This document shows positions 62,110 through 64,000 of a DNA stretch of 64,000 bases, one piece after another (the stretch's first letter is position 1; every line of letters begins with the position of its first letter). The notes beneath the pieces were generated by a model. That model ran no database searches, had not been told where the DNA came from, and saw only the letters and a list, made by a program, of their open reading frames with translations. The translations under genes were made by a program, and so were the position numbers. Source of the DNA: Hypanus sabinus (Eukaryota); assembly GCF_030144855.1 (NCBI RefSeq), contig NW_026781270.1, positions 310,001 through 374,000 of the forward strand, written 5' to 3'.

Positions 62110-64000
62110 CCCCTCCATCACTCCCCATCTCTGTAAACACCTCTGACCCCTCCATCACTCCCCATCTCTGTAAACACCTCTGACCCCTACAGCACTCACC
62201 ATCTCTGTAAACCCCTCTGACCCATACAGCCCTCGCCATCTCTGCAAACCCCTCTGACCCCTACAGCACTCGCCATCTCTGTAAACCCCTCTGACCCCTA
62301 CAGCACTCACCATCTCTGTAAACCCCTCTAAACTCTACAGCACTCGCCATCTCTGCAAACCCCTCTGACCCCTCCATCACTCCCCATCTCTGTAAACCCC
62401 TCTGACCCCTAGAGCACTCGCCATCTCTGTAAACCCCTCTGACCCCTCCATCACTCGCCATTTCTGTAAACCCCTCTAACCCCTACAGCACTCGCCATCC
62501 CTGTAAACCCCTCTGACCTCTGCAGCCCTCGCCATCTCTGCAAACCCCTCTGACCCCTACAGCACTCGCCATCTCTGTAAACCCCTCTGACCCCTACAGC
62601 ACTCACCATCTCTGTAAACCCCTCTAAACTCTACAGCACTCGCCATCTCTGCAAACCCCTCTGACCCCTCCATCACTCCCCATCTCTGTAAACCCCTCTG
62701 ACCCCTAGAGCACTCGCCATCTCTGTAAACCCCTCTGACCCCTCCATCACTCGCCATTTCTGTAAACCCCTCTAACCCCTACAGCACTCGCCATCCCTGT
62801 AAACCCCTCTGACCCCTACAGCATTCGCCATCTCTGTAAACCCCTCTGACCCCTGCAGCACTCGCCATCTCTGTAAACCCCTCTGACACCTACAGCACTC
62901 GCCATCTCTGTAAACCCCTCTGACCCCTACAGCACTCACCATCTCTGCAAACCCCTCTGACCCCTCCATCACTCCCCATTTCTGTAAACCCCTCTGACCC
63001 CTACAGCACTCGCCATCTCTGTAAACCCCTCTGTCACCTACAGCACTCGCCATCTCTGCAAACCCCTCTGACCCCTCCGTCACTCACCATGTCTGCAAAC
63101 CCCTCTGACCCCGACATCACTCCCCATTTCTGTAAACCCCTCTAACTCCTACAGCACTCGCCATCTCTGTAAACCCCTCTGACACCTACAGCACTCGCCA
63201 TCTCTGTAAACACCTCTGACCCCTACAGCACTCGCCATCTCTGTAAACCCCTCTGACCCCTCAATCACTCCCCATCTCTGTAAACCCCTCTGACCCCTAC
63301 AGCACTCGTCATCTCTGTAAACCCCTCTGACCCCTACAGCACTCGCCATCTCTGTAAACCCCTCTGACCCCTCCATCACTCACCATCTCTGCAAACCCCT
63401 CTGACCCCTCCATTACTCCCCATTTCTGTAAACCCCTCTAACCCCTACAGCACTCGCCATCTCTGTAAACCCCTCTGACCACTACAGCCCTCGCCATCTC
63501 TGCAAACCCCTTTAACCCCTACAGCACTCGCCATCTCTGTAAACCCCTCTGACCCCTACAGCACTCGCCATCTCTGCAAACCCCTCTGACCACTCCATCA
63601 CTCCCCATTTCTGTAAACCCCTCTAACCCTTACGGCACTCGCCATCTCTGTAAACCCCTCTGACCCCTACAGCACTCGCCATCTCTGTAAACCCCTCTGA
63701 CCCCTACAGCACTCGCCATCTCTGTAAACCCCTCTGACCCCTGCAGCACTCGCCATCTCTGTAAACCCCTCTGACCCCTACAGCACTCCCCATTTCTGTA
63801 AACCCCTCTGACCCCTACAGCACTCGCCATCTCTGTAAACCCCTCTGAATCCTACTGCACTCGCCATCTCTGCAAACCCCTCTGACCCCTACAGAACTCA
63901 CCATCTCTGCAAACCCGTCTGACCCCTCCATCACTCCACATTTCTGTAAGCCCCTCTGACCCCTAGAGCACTCGCCATCTCTGTAAACCCCTCTGAACCC
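62110..64000. repeat. 37-bp minisatellite (~51 units, runs off the window)
   Basis: Unit CCATCTCTGTAAACCCCTCTGACCCCTACAGCACTCG with a CCTCCATCACTCCC variant. Confidence 0.97.

Noticed and set aside
62110-64000. CRISPR array, or coding repeat ORFs (GVRGVYRDGECCRG..)
   Set aside because: Head-to-tail units with no unique spacers, eukaryotic context and no cas genes; the ORFs are by-products of a 37-bp period.

Overview
Vertebrate, repeat-rich genomic DNA. The repeat repertoire (CR1, Rex1/Babar, Penelope-derived hammerhead elements, Gmr1-type Gypsy) and the '[10 protein letters not shown]' zinc-finger style suggest a cartilaginous fish, probably a ray (inference). The window is part of a tandem C2H2 zinc-finger (ZNF) gene cluster built by segmental duplication. 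It holds two intact + strand ZNF ORFs with no KRAB, SCAN or BTB domain: ZNF-A (26102-27559, 17 fingers) and ZNF-B (58296-59171, 9 fingers). It also holds a decayed - strand ZNF pseudogene (~9360-10153) and the intron and probable promoter of a fourth - strand unit running off the left edge. The cluster is heavily invaded by transposons. There are seven Gmr1-type LTR insertions, including a near-complete element (29812-36376, GTAT target-site duplication, PR-IN-RT-RH order, SCAN-like capsid) nested in another Gmr1 element that sits in sense orientation at the end of the ZNF-A finger array. Two related but distinct endogenous retroviruses with gamma-type env lie antisense in the equivalent intron of ZNF-A and ZNF-B. 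Also present: pogo, Tc1, hAT-like, BEL/Pao, R4/Dong, many CR1 and Rex1 fragments, three decayed hammerhead ribozymes and a 37-bp minisatellite at the right end. All alignments and identity figures were made by eye; boundaries of degenerate elements are approximate.
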